Position numbers and translations under genes: made by a program. A model generated the notes under the pieces. The model saw only the letters and a list, made by a program, of their open reading frames with translations, was not told the origin of the DNA and did not search any database. From contig OX597835.1 in the NCBI GenBank assembly GCA_951406725.2, forward strand, positions 5,704,001 through 5,768,000: DNA of 64,000 nucleotides, given 5' to 3'. Source of the stretch: Octopus vulgaris. Taxonomy: Eukaryota. Below, in pieces: positions 12,601 through 27,061 of the stretch (positions are counted from its first letter, which is position 1; each line of letters opens with the position of its first letter).

Positions 12601-13552
12601 AAAACAAATCTCTTTTATCTTATTTTTCTTGGAAATGGTCAAAATATTGTACCATTTCATGGTCATTTCTTTGCCGGAATTGTGCTATCAAACGCCCCTG
12701 GTTTTTTTTTTTTTGCTGTTTTATGCAACATCAAAGGCTGTGTTAAAGTTTCATTAGTACCATCGATCTTGTCCGCGGGTTGTCAAGAACACAACGCACT
12801 TTCCGTCCGGGATTCGACAGTGTTACAAGAAGGAGAAATTACTGCTGCTCCTCAAAAAGCAACACTCTTCTCTGTATTTCTCTTTCCCTTTGTCTCTCTT
12901 TGTGTGCTTGGCTCTCTGTCTCAAACTATTTCACTCACTCACTCTCTCTCTTTCTGCCCCTCTATTCCCCCCCTCTCTCTCTGCATATCTTTTCTCTCTA
13001 TCTCGCCCCTCTCTCTATGTGTTCGTCTCTTTCTTTCTCTCTCTCTCTCTCTTTCTCACACACACACACACAAACACGCACCTACGTACACACACACACA
13101 CAACTTCTGTTTCATTATTTCAGAGAAGTACCAGCTGTATAAATCGGTGAGAAGCACGAGTTAATTCCCTTAAATTCACATCGGGCAGGTAATTCATACA
13201 TATTAGCGCTGAGACTTATGAGTTATTTAGATACAGCGAGACAGAAAACAGACGAACGTCAAACAACAATTTGGTTACATACAAAGATACATTTAAGTAA
13301 CCGCCATTATAATAAAAAAATGAATTCGTAAACTGGAAGCCATAAAAATGCAATTTTATATAGATAAGGTGATACTGTACGCATATTGTATATAATTAAG
13401 TATACATACATACCTGCGTACATCTCGCCAAACATCTCGGAACAATAGTGTCGTTAGTTATGGGTTACTAATAAGCCAGACACTGAATCACTGTATATAT
13501 ATATATATGTATATTCAAGAATATGCACACATATATATATGTATGAAAATGC

Positions 13553-13593
<41 letters not shown>

Positions 13594-13681
13594 TGAAAAA
13601 TATATAAACATAATACATACACATATCTACATACACATGCATATATGTCAATGCACACCACCAACCTCAGACATACATTCA

Positions 13682-13734
<53 letters not shown>

Positions 13735-13811
13735 TGAAAAAATATATAGACATAATACATACACATATCTACATACACATGCTTATATGTCAATGCACAC
13801 CACCAACCTCA

Positions 13812-13888
<77 letters not shown>

Positions 13889-14005
13889 AAAAATATATAG
13901 ACATAATAGATACACATATCTACATACACATGCATATACTGTATGTCAATGCATATATCTGTATAACAAGCTACACACCACCAACCTCAGACATACATTC
14001 AATAT
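13553..14005. repeat. Three-copy compound tandem repeat: (TA)n(GA)n plus ~90 bp unique unit
   Basis: ATGAAAAAATATATA...CATATCTACATACACATGC...CACCACCAACCTCAGACATA at about 13593, 13734 and 13885. Confidence 0.9.
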
Positions 14006-14389
14006 ATTGCACAGCGTTTCACCTTCGACCGATTCTTTTGTTTTATTCTTCCGACTAACGCTGAAAAGTCAATGATTTTATTCCAACATGAAAACAAGTT
14101 GTGCAACGTGTTACAATTGCAGGAATTTATTCATGAGGATAAATTACCATACACGTCTCCAGGCAGACTTTGTCTGGAGAATATGTGAAATATTTTGGAA
14201 ACATTGAGCATTGTTGCAGAATCAGAAATGGTAAATCTGTGTTAGGCTATGAACAAGATAAGCTATCAGTAGATTGCGAATATACACTGTACGTTATAGG
14301 AATGTGTTTGTGTGTGTGTGTGTTTGTGTGTTTGTGTGTGTAATGTGTCTCTTTAACTAAAGATAAAGGAATATATCTACATACGCATG

Positions 14390-14552
14390 GGTGCAGGTGT
14401 AGCTGTGTGGTAAGAAGCTTACTGCCCAACCACATGGTTCGAGGTTCAATTCCGCTGCGCGGTACATTGGGAAAGTGTCTTCTACTATAGCCTCGGGCCG
14501 ACCAAAGCCTTGTGAGTGGATTTGGAAGACGGAAACTAAAAGAAGCACGTCG

Positions 14553-14586
<34 letters not shown>

Positions 14587-14701
14587 CGTATGTATATATA
14601 TATGTGTGTGTGTATGTGTATATATATATATATGTGTGTATGTATCTATATATATATATATATATATATATACATACATACATACATATATATATATACA
14701 C

Positions 14702-14738
<37 letters not shown>
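14390..14738 (+). mobile_element. SINE family A head plus expanded internal microsatellite
   Basis: GGTGCAGGTGTAGCTGTGTGGTAAG...GGTTCAATTCC...GACGGAAACTAAAAGAAGCACGTCG followed by a TA/TG tract. Confidence 0.88.
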
Positions 14739-15414
14739 GGATATGTTTCGACCAAAGATTAGTGATCAAATTTCTTTCAAGCTGTATCTCCGTCTTGAAA
14801 ACATCTTGCTCAATATATGCAAAACATCGTTATTATTTTAATGAGAAGGCCGACCGTTGATTGGTAGAATCGGTAAGGCATCTTTCAATATCTCTTAGTA
14901 TAACTGAGTTATGACACTTTCCATTATTAGTTCAAATCTCACCGGGTTCGGCAATTCTTTTCTGACCTTCTGAGAACGATATTCAAAACAAGCAGTCATA
15001 CTCAGAAATGGAAGAATTCTCTCTAATCAGCTACCACCAGCCAAGCCACCACTGTAATCTGAGACGTTGCGCCTCTGACACTAACGAATAACATCACTCA
15101 TAAATATTATTGATGTTTATAATCTTCAGTTTCTTACGAAATCGCATAATTTGAACTTATATTTCGGATATTCTTTCAAAGTTTCATCTACTAACGATGT
15201 TTGCTAGCATTAAGAACATCCATACACACATACCTACACACACATACACACTACTACACACATACGGACACAACCACCGCCTATCTGTTTATCAAACAAT
15301 ACATTTACATATATATATATATACATATACACACACACGCACACACAAAAACACACACAGGTATATATATATATATATATATATAAATATATATACATAC
15401 ATATATACATGTAT

Positions 15415-15469
<55 letters not shown>

Positions 15470-15915
15470 TATTCATATATATATATGTATGTACATCACG
15501 TATACAATGCGTTGATATGTAAGGAATGAATATATATATATATTTGGCTAGGCATAACATAGTATCAAGAGTACAAGACTAATTATTGCAAGAAATAAAC
15601 CAGTCACTCTTGCTATGTTATCCTAGCGTATCATTTTCAATACGTCACTCGTCTGTCAACACTGTGTCCTGCAATTAAAATAATGGCATTCATCTTTCTC
15701 AAAGAATTCCTTCCTTCGCTCAAAACATTTTCATCTCATCTTCAATTACGTGCAGATATTGCTGTCTTTTGAAGAAATTCCTCTTCGCATTTGCCTGGCT
15801 TTCATTTTGGTCCACAACGTGAGAAAACATGGTTAATCATTTTCCTTTCCTTCGCAACCTCTGATCCACCGGCCACACATCATATGGAGACCTGACTCTC
15901 ATAGTTTGAATACCT

Positions 15916-16145
15916 ATTTCTTTACTACCCACAAGGGGCTAAACACAGAAGGGACAAACAAGGACAGACAAACGGATTAAGTCGATTATATCGACCCCAG
16001 TGCGTAACTGGTACTTATTTAATCGACCCCGAAAGGATGAAAGGCAAAGTTGACCTCGGCGGTATTTGAACTCAGAACGTAGCGGCAGACGAAATACGCT
16101 AAGCATTTCGCCCGGCGTGCTAACGATTCTGCCAGCTCGCCGCCT
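15916..16145 (-). mobile_element. Full-length SINE family B with 14-bp TSD
   Basis: Head GGCGGCGAGCTGGCAGAATCG, B-box-like GAGTTCAAATACC; TSD TAGTTTGAATACCT at 15902-15915 and 16146-16159. Confidence 0.93.
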
Positions 16146-16465
16146 TAGTTTGAATACCTTGGCAGGATATTTCAGGGCTGTTGTTATAGGGCAGCTGAGG
16201 ATCCGTCAGCAGGCCCATGCACCTGAGGAATTCCTGGTGGTTACCGCAGGCATTAGTTGGGCAGCATGAGTGTCGGATATTTCATCCTAGCATGTAACCC
16301 CATTAAAGTCATTATTGGCGTTGGGTAAGTGTTTTGGAATGGCCTGTTGTTTAGATGGATCAAGTTAAATATGTGTAGACAGTTCCTGTAGAAGTACATT
16401 GATTAATTTTCTCTTTCATATCTCTATTTTCTAATATTTTACACCCCAACTCTTAATCTCTCACT

Positions 16466-16502
<37 letters not shown>

Positions 16503-16794
16503 TAAAAAACCTCTCCATATAAAAAACCGAAGTAATAGCGGCATTCATACATTTGCCACTAGACTGGGTGTAGTAATATTTACAATATACAATAAATATT
16601 AAAGATCCATTTCAGACGATTTTACCAACCGGTTTCGCATGCAAGTAAGAGTTGCAGCGCGCGTCAGAGGTGCTTGTAAGGAAAGTATGGTTACGTCTCT
16701 CTCTCTTTCTCTTTCTCTCTCTCTCTCTCTCCCTCTCTCTCTCTCATACACACACACACTTTTTTCTTTATATACATATATATGTATATATAGT

Positions 16795-17003
16795 AAATCC
16801 AAACACAGAAGAACAAACGTACACAAAAAAACAACAACGCGAGGACGTCATACATGTAGAGTATTAGCAGACGCGCAGGGAAAGAAAGAAAGATGGTTTA
16901 ATGTTTCGAGCAACGCTCCTCTTCAGAAGCAGACGAAAGTCCAATAAAAAGGAAGACAGAGGAAGAAAATCACCAACGATTCACATGTGATTACATTTTG
17001 AAA
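16795..17003 (-). mobile_element. Cassette family D (Penelope-like terminal repeat) with hammerhead core
   Basis: Minus strand 16926-16903 reads CTGAAGA G GAGC GTT GCTC GAAAC; layout similar to the copies at 36660, 49432 and 63753. Confidence 0.6.
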
Positions 17004-17010
17004 ATGTACG

Positions 17011-17052
<42 letters not shown>

Positions 17053-17208
17053 TAATGAAATGGGTAAATGAATTATCTTGTTACGGATTATTCAAAATTT
17101 AACCGATACCTGTGTAGCAAAAATCACAACAGAAAAGACACGGTTGAGGTTACGACCATGGGGTTTCGCCCCCGTGCTTTAGCGCGGATAATTGAAGTTT
17201 TATATATT

Positions 17209-17368
17209 TAGTGAAGGGAAGAAATGGAGCCGAACGAAGATCCTACAAAATTCCCTTTTATTATTTTCTACACATGAAACATGTGTAGAAAATATTTTGA
17301 AACATGTGTAGAAAATAATAAAAGGGAATTTTGTAGAATCTTCGTTCGGCTCCATTTCTTCCCTTCAC

Positions 17369-17370
<2 letters not shown>
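17209..17370. repeat. Fold-back palindrome, ~67-bp arms
   Basis: TAGTGAAGGGAAGAAATGGAGCCGAACGAAGA...TTTTCTACACATG / CATGTGTAGAAAA...TTCGTTCGGCTCCATTTCTTCCCTTCACTA. Confidence 0.93.
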
Positions 17371-17426
<56 letters not shown>

Positions 17427-18289
17427 CCCACATACACACACACATATATAAACGTTGCTAATATTGTTCAAGTGAATTAGTGCCCTGATTACATACTGTT
17501 TCAACCATTATGTAGCGCCCTGGCTGTTAGTTATTTGCCAAAACGATCGTATGTTTTCTAAAGCATAAAGTGTCGTAGATGTTTTTTGTATTTTATCAGT
17601 ACTAAATATAAGTGTGTGTGTGTGTGTGTGTGTGTGTATGAAAATATCTCTGTGTATGTGTATATACGTATGACGTATGTCCATGAGTCCTGTACGCTCT
17701 CTGATTAGTTTTATTGGTTTTCTTTTGATGTTTTATATGATTGGAAGTTTTGCCTCTTGTGCAATTGATGTACTGCCGCTGGTGATGCTGTGGTTGCGGT
17801 TAATGATGACTATAGCTATGTATGCGTGTGTGTCTTGTGTGTGTGTGTGTGCGTGCGTGTGCGTGTGCGTGTGAGTGTTCGTGTGTGTGCATCAATAGGT
17901 TTCAGTGTGTCCGTGTCTCTCTGCTACCAATGGAGGTAAAAGTCAAACAGAAACTGTGGGAAAGGTGACAGCAGCAGAAAAATGAAAGAAAAACGAAAAC
18001 ATTTTAATCACAAGAAAAAAATTAGCAAAAAAAAAAAAATTGAAAGCAGACTAGAAAAGGTTAAGTAGTAAAATAGGGAAGACGTAGAGGAAAGAAAGAA
18101 GAAAATCGGAGGAAAGAGAGACATTTTTAGTGAAAGAATAAAACAAAGGTGTTGATTAAGATGTTAAGACAATCATTAAAATGGCGTTAATTAAGTTAAT
18201 GAGAATGAGAGAAACGTTTGAAGAATGATTAATCAAATGACTCGTAAGTCTGGGCCATCACGACTTAGCCGGGTTAAACAACTACAACG

Positions 18290-18341
<52 letters not shown>

Positions 18342-18441
18342 TTAAAAACGGGGTCTGATGGGAATAGCAACCCAACCTCTCATAAATCAGACCTTATTGT
18401 CTAGAAAATCAAAAAGAATCAAAGGTTTCTCCCGTGCTCTA

Positions 18442-18646
18442 TTTACTCTTTAACTCGTTTCAGTCATTTTAACTGTGGCCATGCTGGAGCACCGCCTTTA
18501 GTCGAGCAAATTGACCACAGGACTTAGTCTTTGTAAGCCTAGTATTTATTCTATCGGTCTGTTTTGCCGAACCGCTAAGTTACGGGATGTAAACACACCA
18601 GCATCCGTTGTCAAGCGATGTTGAGGGGACAAACACAGACACACTA

Positions 18647-18717
<71 letters not shown>

Positions 18718-18875
18718 CATATATACGACAGGCTTCTTTCAGTTTCCGTCTACCACATCCACTCACAAGGCTTTGGTCGGCCCGATGCTATAGTAAAAGG
18801 CGGCACGCAATGGGACTGAACCCGGAACCATGTGGTTGGTAAGCAAGCTACATACCACACAGCCACCTCTACGCC
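18442..18875 (-). mobile_element. SINE family A, near full length
   Basis: Tail, internal (CA)n(TA)n and head all present; small internal deletion. Confidence 0.92.
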
Positions 18876-18915
18876 TATAGGCTCATAAAGACAGTTTCCT
18901 GAATTCAGAGACATA

Positions 18916-19090
18916 AGGGATACCCCACTCCTGGACGGAACGCCGATCTGTCGAAGGATTACACATTTTTCACAGTTTGCTGGATTGGTGCAACGTGAAA
19001 GGGAGTGTTTTGCTTCAAAGAACACAAGGCATCATCTGGTCCAGGAATCGAAACTACAATCATACGACCATTAGTGCAGGACTATACTAA
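18916..19090 (-). mobile_element. Old SINE related to family G
   Basis: GCAACGTGAAAGGGAGTGTTTTGCTTCAAAGAACACAAGGCA...GGTCCAGGAATCGAAAC resembles 49918-49985. Confidence 0.6.
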
Positions 19091-19254
19091 GTTACGAAGT
19101 TCCATATCGTCTTGAAAATAGGTAGGTTATATTGGACTAGGAACTCCTCATACTTTGTATCTAAAGTACACACGAGATGGTTATAACGAGGGAGCCTTCG
19201 CTGACCGGTCTTTTCGGTCGGAAATAGCTTGGGAGTTAACCTACTATTATTTCT

Positions 19255-19373
19255 TATTTCTTTACTGCCCACAAGGGGCTACACACAGAGGGGACAAACA
19301 AGGACAGGCAAGGGGATTAAGTCGATTACATCGACCCCAGTGCGTAACTGGTACTTAATTTATCGATCCCGAA
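19255..19373 (-). mobile_element. SINE family B 3' fragment
   Basis: TTTCTTTACTGCCCACAAGGGGCTACACACAGAGGGGACAAACAAGGACAG...CGACCCCAGTGCGTAACTGGTAC. Confidence 0.9.
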
Positions 19374-19392
19374 ATATGTAATCTCTCAGGGT

Positions 19393-19770
19393 GGAGGTGC
19401 AATGGCCCAGTGGTTAGGGCAGCGGACTCGCGGTCGTAGGATCGCGGTTTCGATTCCCAGACCGGACGTTGTGAGTGTTTATTGAGCGAAAACACCTAAA
19501 GCTCCACGAGGCTCCGGCAGGGGGTGGTGGCGGTCCCTGTTGTACTCTTTCGCTACAACTTTCTCTTAGTTCCTGTTGTACCTGTATTTCAAAGGGCCGG
19601 CCTTGTCACTCTCTGTGTCACGCTGAATATCCCCGAGAACTACGTTAAGGGTACACGTGTCTGTGGAGTGCTCAGACACTTACACGTTAATTTCACGAGC
19701 AAGCTGTTCCGTTGGTCGGATCAACCGGAATCCTCGTCGTCGTAACCGACGGAGTGCTTCCAACAACAAC
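19393..19770 (+). mobile_element. Full-length tRNA-derived SINE family C with TSD
   Basis: A box TGGCCCAGTGG, B box GTTTCGATTCC, (CAA)n tail; flanked by AATCTCTCAGG (19380-19390) and AATCTTTCAGG (19771-19781). Confidence 0.92.
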
Positions 19771-20678
19771 AATCTTTCAGGTTTCTGGCCTTGGCTCAAA
19801 TTTTGAAACCATTACTAAAATTACCACTAAGGCGGTGATCTGGTAGAACCGTTGCAACGTCAAGAGAAATTCTTCGCTGCATTATTTCCAACTTTGTATT
19901 CAGGTTTCAAATCTCATTGAAGTCAAATTTATCGTCCAGTTTTTTTTCCCAGGTTCGCTGAAGGTACCAGTCAGGTGGTGGAATCGATCTAATTGACTAT
20001 GCTCCCCGTATTTAAATTGCCGTCCTTTAGGGGCTATTTAATTTTCATTCATTCCTTTTTTTTTTCCTTCTTAATTTGCTTTCTCCTGAAACGTTGTACT
20101 TTCCAGTTCTGCGATTCTTTAACAAGCTTATCCCTCGCACAATACTCACTGACAGATAACTACCATTTTAAGTATGATGTAAAAAAAACACTCTTGTGTC
20201 GTATCGCTCCTCCTGACCCTCCACGACACACATGATTATATTCTATCTAATTATCTGTGCGAATTAGGAAAAGCAATCTTTGTTGTAAATGATTGCGCAG
20301 AAGAAAGACAGTGAATGGTCGGGATACTGGCAATGTGATATATTGCTGTTCGTAATCCGCTTAGTGGTTGGTGTATTCAAGATTCTGACAAGTCAATTGA
20401 AGGTTTATGCAAATAGTATTTTTAAGACATTTCCTCTTCTTTTTATTCAATGTCACGTGAATACAACTTATCAGTTGCTATGGCAGTGCGAGTGTCGTCT
20501 GGATGTTATTTGAAATATTGTGCTGTGATCATCAGATTTGAAGTGATGCGATTCAAATGAATAAAGTCGTAAAAGCAACATTTATCAAGGGAAATTACTG
20601 ATTTTGTGTGTGTTTTGTAAATATTTTAAGTAGCTATTTAGTAGCAAATTTCGGTGCATAATGGAAAACTCGAAGGGC

Positions 20679-20753
<75 letters not shown>

Positions 20754-20756
20754 TAC

Positions 20757-20797
<41 letters not shown>

Positions 20798-20800
20798 CAT

Positions 20801-20834
<34 letters not shown>

Positions 20835-21102
20835 GTGGGGGGGGTGAGTGTGTGTATGTATAAAGGGGTTTGTATGATTGTGTATAGAGGGATATATATT
20901 ATTCAAAGAAATTCCAACTCTGTCTATTTTTATCTTTTATTTATATTCTTTATAATATTAATGTAGAATATAGACTGTGTAGTATAAATAATATATATAT
21001 ATAGTTGGATGAAATGAAGTATTGATTGTCTTATTGAATAGATGAAATATTGAATATAAAATATACTTTCTTGCATTATAGCTGTCTTCAAGGTCCCAGG
21101 TT

Positions 21103-21159
<57 letters not shown>

Positions 21160-22167
21160 GCATACATATGTGTGTGCGCGTACGTGTGTATGTGGGTACA
21201 CATTTATACGTATGCATTTATCTATATCGCTCTGACTATTTATTTATATAAAAATCTATGTATCTGTCTACATATATATTTATGCGACAACATTTTGTAA
21301 ACAAACTAATGGAACAACAAAAGGGTTGCTAGAAATACCGACAAATAACAATTTATGTGAAACTGGTGTTTGAGAGAGAAGACATAAGGAAAAATTCTAA
21401 ATTTTACTTTTATACTTTGAATTTAAAAACAGATGGCTTCTCTTAAGAAAACTGGTTCTTACTTCACTTTTGAATTACTATTCTTTTAGCGTGTGTAGAG
21501 TGAGATTTATGTAAAATGAGGTCAGGGCGCCACACTGAAGTGAGATATGCTTTTTGTTTGAGCTCAACAGATTGGCCATTCATGAGGAATAATAACAGTA
21601 GATGGCAGCAGCCACATCAATGTAATTATGCAGTACATTGTGCATTGGCTAATTTTCTACTGTAAATTATAACCAACGCTTACATGTATGTATGTATGTA
21701 TGTATATGTATGGAGATCATTTCCTACGAGTCCACGGAAGCCATTATACGATTGCCTGTCGGGAAACTCGAAAAGGAAAAAAAGAACAGTTTCAAAAGGT
21801 TTAAATGAGCGCACAGTCTCAGACGTAGAATTCACATACGCAGATGAGTATACACGTACACACATATATACACAAACACACACACATGGAAACCCAAACA
21901 AGCACAGACACGCGTGCGCACTCACGCACCTGTACAGAGACACATATACATATATATATGTGTGCATGTGCAGGTATATGTATATCGCTCAAGTCACTCA
22001 TGCGAGTTCGATGTACAACCATTATCCGCTATTACGTCCCATTACCGTACCGGGGTTTTCACATTGTCACCCAATTACCAATAAACGAATCAGACATTTT
22101 TATATTCGGTTACCATAGCGAAGATGATTCGTTTTTGCAGATTCAGGAGATTTTTTCTTCAGTTACT

Positions 22168-22218
<51 letters not shown>

Positions 22219-22244
22219 ACTCACTCTCCCTTTTATCTCACTGT

Positions 22245-22282
<38 letters not shown>

Positions 22283-22447
22283 CATATATATATAACCATA
22301 CATGCACACACACGTACACACAAACATACTCTTTCTCTCTCTCTCTTTCTCTCTCTCACTCTCCCTTTTATCTCACTGTAGATATATATATATATACCTT
22401 ATTTATATTATCATATGATCGAACGCAACTCATCCTTTTCGAAGTAA

Positions 22448-22533
<86 letters not shown>

Positions 22534-22737
22534 TAGATATATATATACCCATACATGCACACACACGTACACACAAACATACGCATACACACACACACAC
22601 ACACAAATATATATAATATAGTGGTAAAAACATTGAGCTTTGCAAAACAAATAACTTAATGGTAACACAAATATATTACCATATTAACAACGAGTTTTCC
22701 TATCGGTGTTTCATTAATTTTGTTATTTTATCACTAT

Positions 22738-23189
<452 letters not shown>

Positions 23190-23517
23190 CCTTATTTCTC
23201 TTTGATGTTACTAACCTATAATACTACTGCCACCGTTACTCATTGAATTTAGGGTAAGAACTATTTTGACGTGGTGTACATTGTAGCATTGTTTTTTCTT
23301 TACTAAATTTTTATATGTTTTCTTTCAAAAAAGTTTTGTTTTGGCGGGGTTCTTTTTCAGATTTTTCCTAAGTTTTTTTCAGTCTAACATTTACAACATC
23401 ACTGATATTTCTGCATATTATAATTCCGTGCTTTTCAGCAACAGTAATTTTTGTTTCTTTAGTACATTACTATTCCTGTTTCTGCTGTTGTTGTTTCTGC
23501 TGTTGTTGTTTTTGCTA

Positions 23518-23553
23518 TTATTATTGTTGTTGTTGTTATTGTAATTATTATTA

Positions 23554-23600
<47 letters not shown>

Positions 23601-23815
23601 AATAATTATCATTTGTGTTGGTGTTATAATTATTATTATTATTGGTGTTATTATTATTATAATTATTATTATTATTGTTATTATTATTATTATTAATAAT
23701 AATAATAATAATAATAATTATAATTATAATTATCATTATTGTTGGTATTATTATTATTATTAATAATAATAATAATTATCATTAGTGTTGTTGTTATAAT
23801 TATTATTATTATTGG

Positions 23816-23847
<32 letters not shown>
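23518..23847. repeat. (ATT)n microsatellite
   Basis: Direct reading. Confidence 0.96.
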
Positions 23848-23848
<1 letters not shown>

Positions 23849-23854
23849 ATCTGA

Positions 23855-24335
23855 ACAATAGAGAACAGTAGATCGATAATGGTGAAGAATCATGAATAGA
23901 AATTGGGATAGGTGGGGGTGGTTAGACAGGATAAGAGGACAGAAGAGAAAAAGAGAGAGCAGGAGGGTGATGAGGAGGAGGTGGGAGGGGAGGTGGGAGA
24001 GCAAGGAGATCGACGACGAGAGAGCATCGTTGGGGTAGTGGTTTGAGGAGTATTAGGCAAGAGGGATTATAGAAAATTTTTTTACAGTGGATTGAAATCG
24101 CGTGGAATTGAGTAAAAGAGGGAAGGACGTAGTGAAGAATGGCGGAAAAGAGAGTGATTCGCAGGAAGATAGAGGAGGATAAAGGAAGTGGATGAAGAGG
24201 AGTCGAGGGGAATTTAAAGAGAACGATGCAGAGAGAAGAATTAAAGAGAGGGAAAGAAGGAAGATGAGATGATAAGGAAGAAGACGGATACGGTATTTAC
24301 GCCGCTCCACGTCTAACCTGATTTTTTGCGAATGG
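23855..24335 (-). mobile_element. Possible decayed LINE APE endonuclease fragment
   Basis: Across frames, in the expected order: IHFLYPP (cf. IYRPP), RDFNP (cf. GDFNxH), TPTY...TIIDLLFS (cf. PT...IDL). Confidence 0.45.
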
Positions 24336-24359
24336 GATCACCGTAAGTGCGTGTGTTGG

Positions 24360-26670
24360 TGTGTGGATCTGTGTGAATGTATGTGTGTAGGTGTGTGTGT
24401 GTGTGGATCTGTGTGAATGTATGTGTGTAGATGTGTGTGTGTGTGTATCTGTGTGAATGTATGTGTGTAGATGTGTGTGTGTGTGTGGATCTGTGTGAAT
24501 GTATGTGTGTAGATGTGTGTGTGTGTGTGTGGATCTGTGTGAATGTATGTGTGTAGACGTGTGTGTGTGTGTGTGGATCTGTGTGAATGTATGTGTGTAG
24601 ATGTGTGTGTGTGTGTGTGTGGATCTGTGTGAATGTATGTGTGTAGATGTGTGTGTGTGTGTGGGTCTGTGTGAATGTATGTGTGTAGATCTGTGTGTGT
24701 CGATCTGTGTGAATGTATGTGTGTAGATGTGTGTGTGTGTGGATCTGTGTGAATGTATGTGTGTAGATGTGTGTGTGTGTGGATCTGTGTGAATGTATGT
24801 GTGTAGATGTGTGTGTGTGGATCTGTGTGAATGTATGTGTGTAGATGTGTGTGTGTGTGTGGATCTGTGTGAATGTATGTGTGTAGATGTGTGTGTGTGT
24901 GGATCTGTGTGAATGTATGTGTGCAGATGTGTGTATGTGTGGGTCTGTGTGAATGTATGTGTGTAGATGTGTGTGTGTGGATCTGTGTGAATGTATGTGT
25001 GTGTGTGGATCTGTGTGAATGTATGTGTGTGTGTGGATCTGTGTGAATGTATGTGTGTAGATGTGTGTGTGGATCTGTGTAAATGTATGTGTATAGATGT
25101 GTGTGTGTGTGGATCTGTGTGAATGTATGTGTGTAGATGTGTGTGTGTGTGTGGATCTGTGTGAATGTATGTGTGTAGATGTGTGTGTGTGTGTGGATCT
25201 GTGTCAATGTATGTGTGTAGACGTGTGTGTGTGTGTGTGGATCTGTGTGAATGTATGTGTGTAGATGTGTGTGTGTGTGTGTGGATCTGTGTGAATGTAT
25301 GTGTGTAGATGTGTGTGTGTGTGTGGGTCTGTGTGAATGTATGTGTGTAGATCTGTGTGTGTCGATCTGTGTGAATGTATGTGTGTAGATGTGTGTGTGT
25401 GTGTGGATCTGTGTGAATGTATGTGTGTAGATGTGTGTGTGTGTGGATCTGTGTGAATGTATGTGTGTAGATGTGTGTGTGTGGATCTGTGTGAATGTAT
25501 GTGTGTAGATGTGTGTGTGTGTGTGGATCTGTGTGAATGTATGTGTGTAGATGTGTGTGTGTGGATCTGTGTGAATGTATGTGTGCAGATGTGTGTATGT
25601 GTGGGTCTGTGTGAATGTATGTGTGTAGATGTGTGTGTGTGGATCTGTGTGAATGTATGTGTGTGTGTGGATCTGTGTGAATGTATGTGTGTGTGTGGAT
25701 CTGTGTGAATGTATGTGTGTAAATGTGCGCGTGTGAGGATCTGTGTGAATGTATGTGTGTAGATGTGTGTGTGTGTGTGTGAATCTGTGTGAATGTATGT
25801 GTGTAGATGTGTGTGTGTGGGTCTGTGTGAATGTATGTGTGTAGATGTGTGTGTGTGTGATCTGTGTGAATGTATGTGTGTAGGTGTGTGTGTGTGTGTG
25901 GATCTGTGTGAATGTATGTGTGTAGATGTGTGTGTGTGGATCTGTGTGAATGTATGTGTGTGTGTGGATCTGTGTGAATGTATGTGTGTGTGTGGATCTG
26001 TGTGAATGTATGTGTGTAAATGTGCGAGTGTGAGGGTCTGTGTGAATGTATGTGTGTAGATGTGTGTGTGTGTGTGTGGATCTGTGTGAATGTATGTGTG
26101 TAGATGTGTGTGTGTGGGTCTGTGTGAATGTATGTGTGTAGATGTGTGTGTGTGGGTCTGTGTGAATGTATGTGTGTAGATGTGTGCATGTGTGGATCTG
26201 TGTGAATGTATGTGTGTAGATATGTGTGTGTGTGTGGATCTGTGTGAATGTATGTGTGTTGATGTGTGTGTGTGTGTGGATCTGTGTGAATGTATGTGTG
26301 TAGATGTGTGTGTGTGGATCTGTGTGAATGTATGTGTGTAGATGTGTGTGTGTGTGGATCTGTGTGAATGTATGTGTGTAGGTGTGTGTGTGTGTGGATC
26401 TGTGTGAATGTATGTGTGTAGATGTGGGTGTGTGTGGATTTGTGTGAATGTATGTGTGTAGATGTGTGTGTGTGTGGATCTGTGTGAATGTATGTGTAGA
26501 TGTGTGTGTGTGTGGATCTGTGTAAATGTATGTGTGTAGATGTGTGTGAGGGTCTGTGTGAATGTATGTGTGTAGATGTGTGTGTGTGTATCTGTGTGAA
26601 TGTATGTGTGTAGATGTGTGTGTGTGTGGATCTGTGTGAATGTGTGTGTGTAGATGTGTGTGTGTGTGTG
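24360..26670. repeat. Minisatellite with core GGATCTGTGTGAATGTATGTGTGTAGAT plus variable (GT)n
   Basis: Roughly 55-60 units of about 28-46 bp; constant core, variable GT linker. Confidence 0.97.
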
Positions 26671-26786
26671 CGTGCTTGAGTGTGTGTGTACGTTTATGTC
26701 TAAGTGGATGCCTATGATATTGTTCTTCTTATGATGATGTTAGCGTGTATAAACATGCTGGTATACAGGTGTATAACATTTGTAAA

Positions 26787-26841
<55 letters not shown>

Positions 26842-26996
26842 GCATACATATATATATACATCATATATATATATATATATAATAATACGCGATATATACA
26901 TATATAGAGAATAAAAGAATAAAAGAGTATACACACTCATTATATATAGATATATTGTATAAATATATATCTATATCTATTTATCGATTTATATAC

Positions 26997-27032
<36 letters not shown>

Positions 27033-27061
27033 TCATTGTTAGTGAGAACAATATCTTTGGG

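Noticed and set aside
19393-19470. tRNA gene
   Set aside because: A and B boxes continue into a SINE body with a tail and TSD; the cloverleaf is incomplete. The same applies to 10121-10228, 49960-50023 and 59811-59865.
24297-26189. 630-aa His/Thr-rich ORF
   Set aside because: Translation of the minisatellite; variable GT linkers change frame freely.
24360-26670. CRISPR-like repeat-spacer appearance
   Set aside because: The spacers are only (GT)n, the context is eukaryotic and there are no cas genes.
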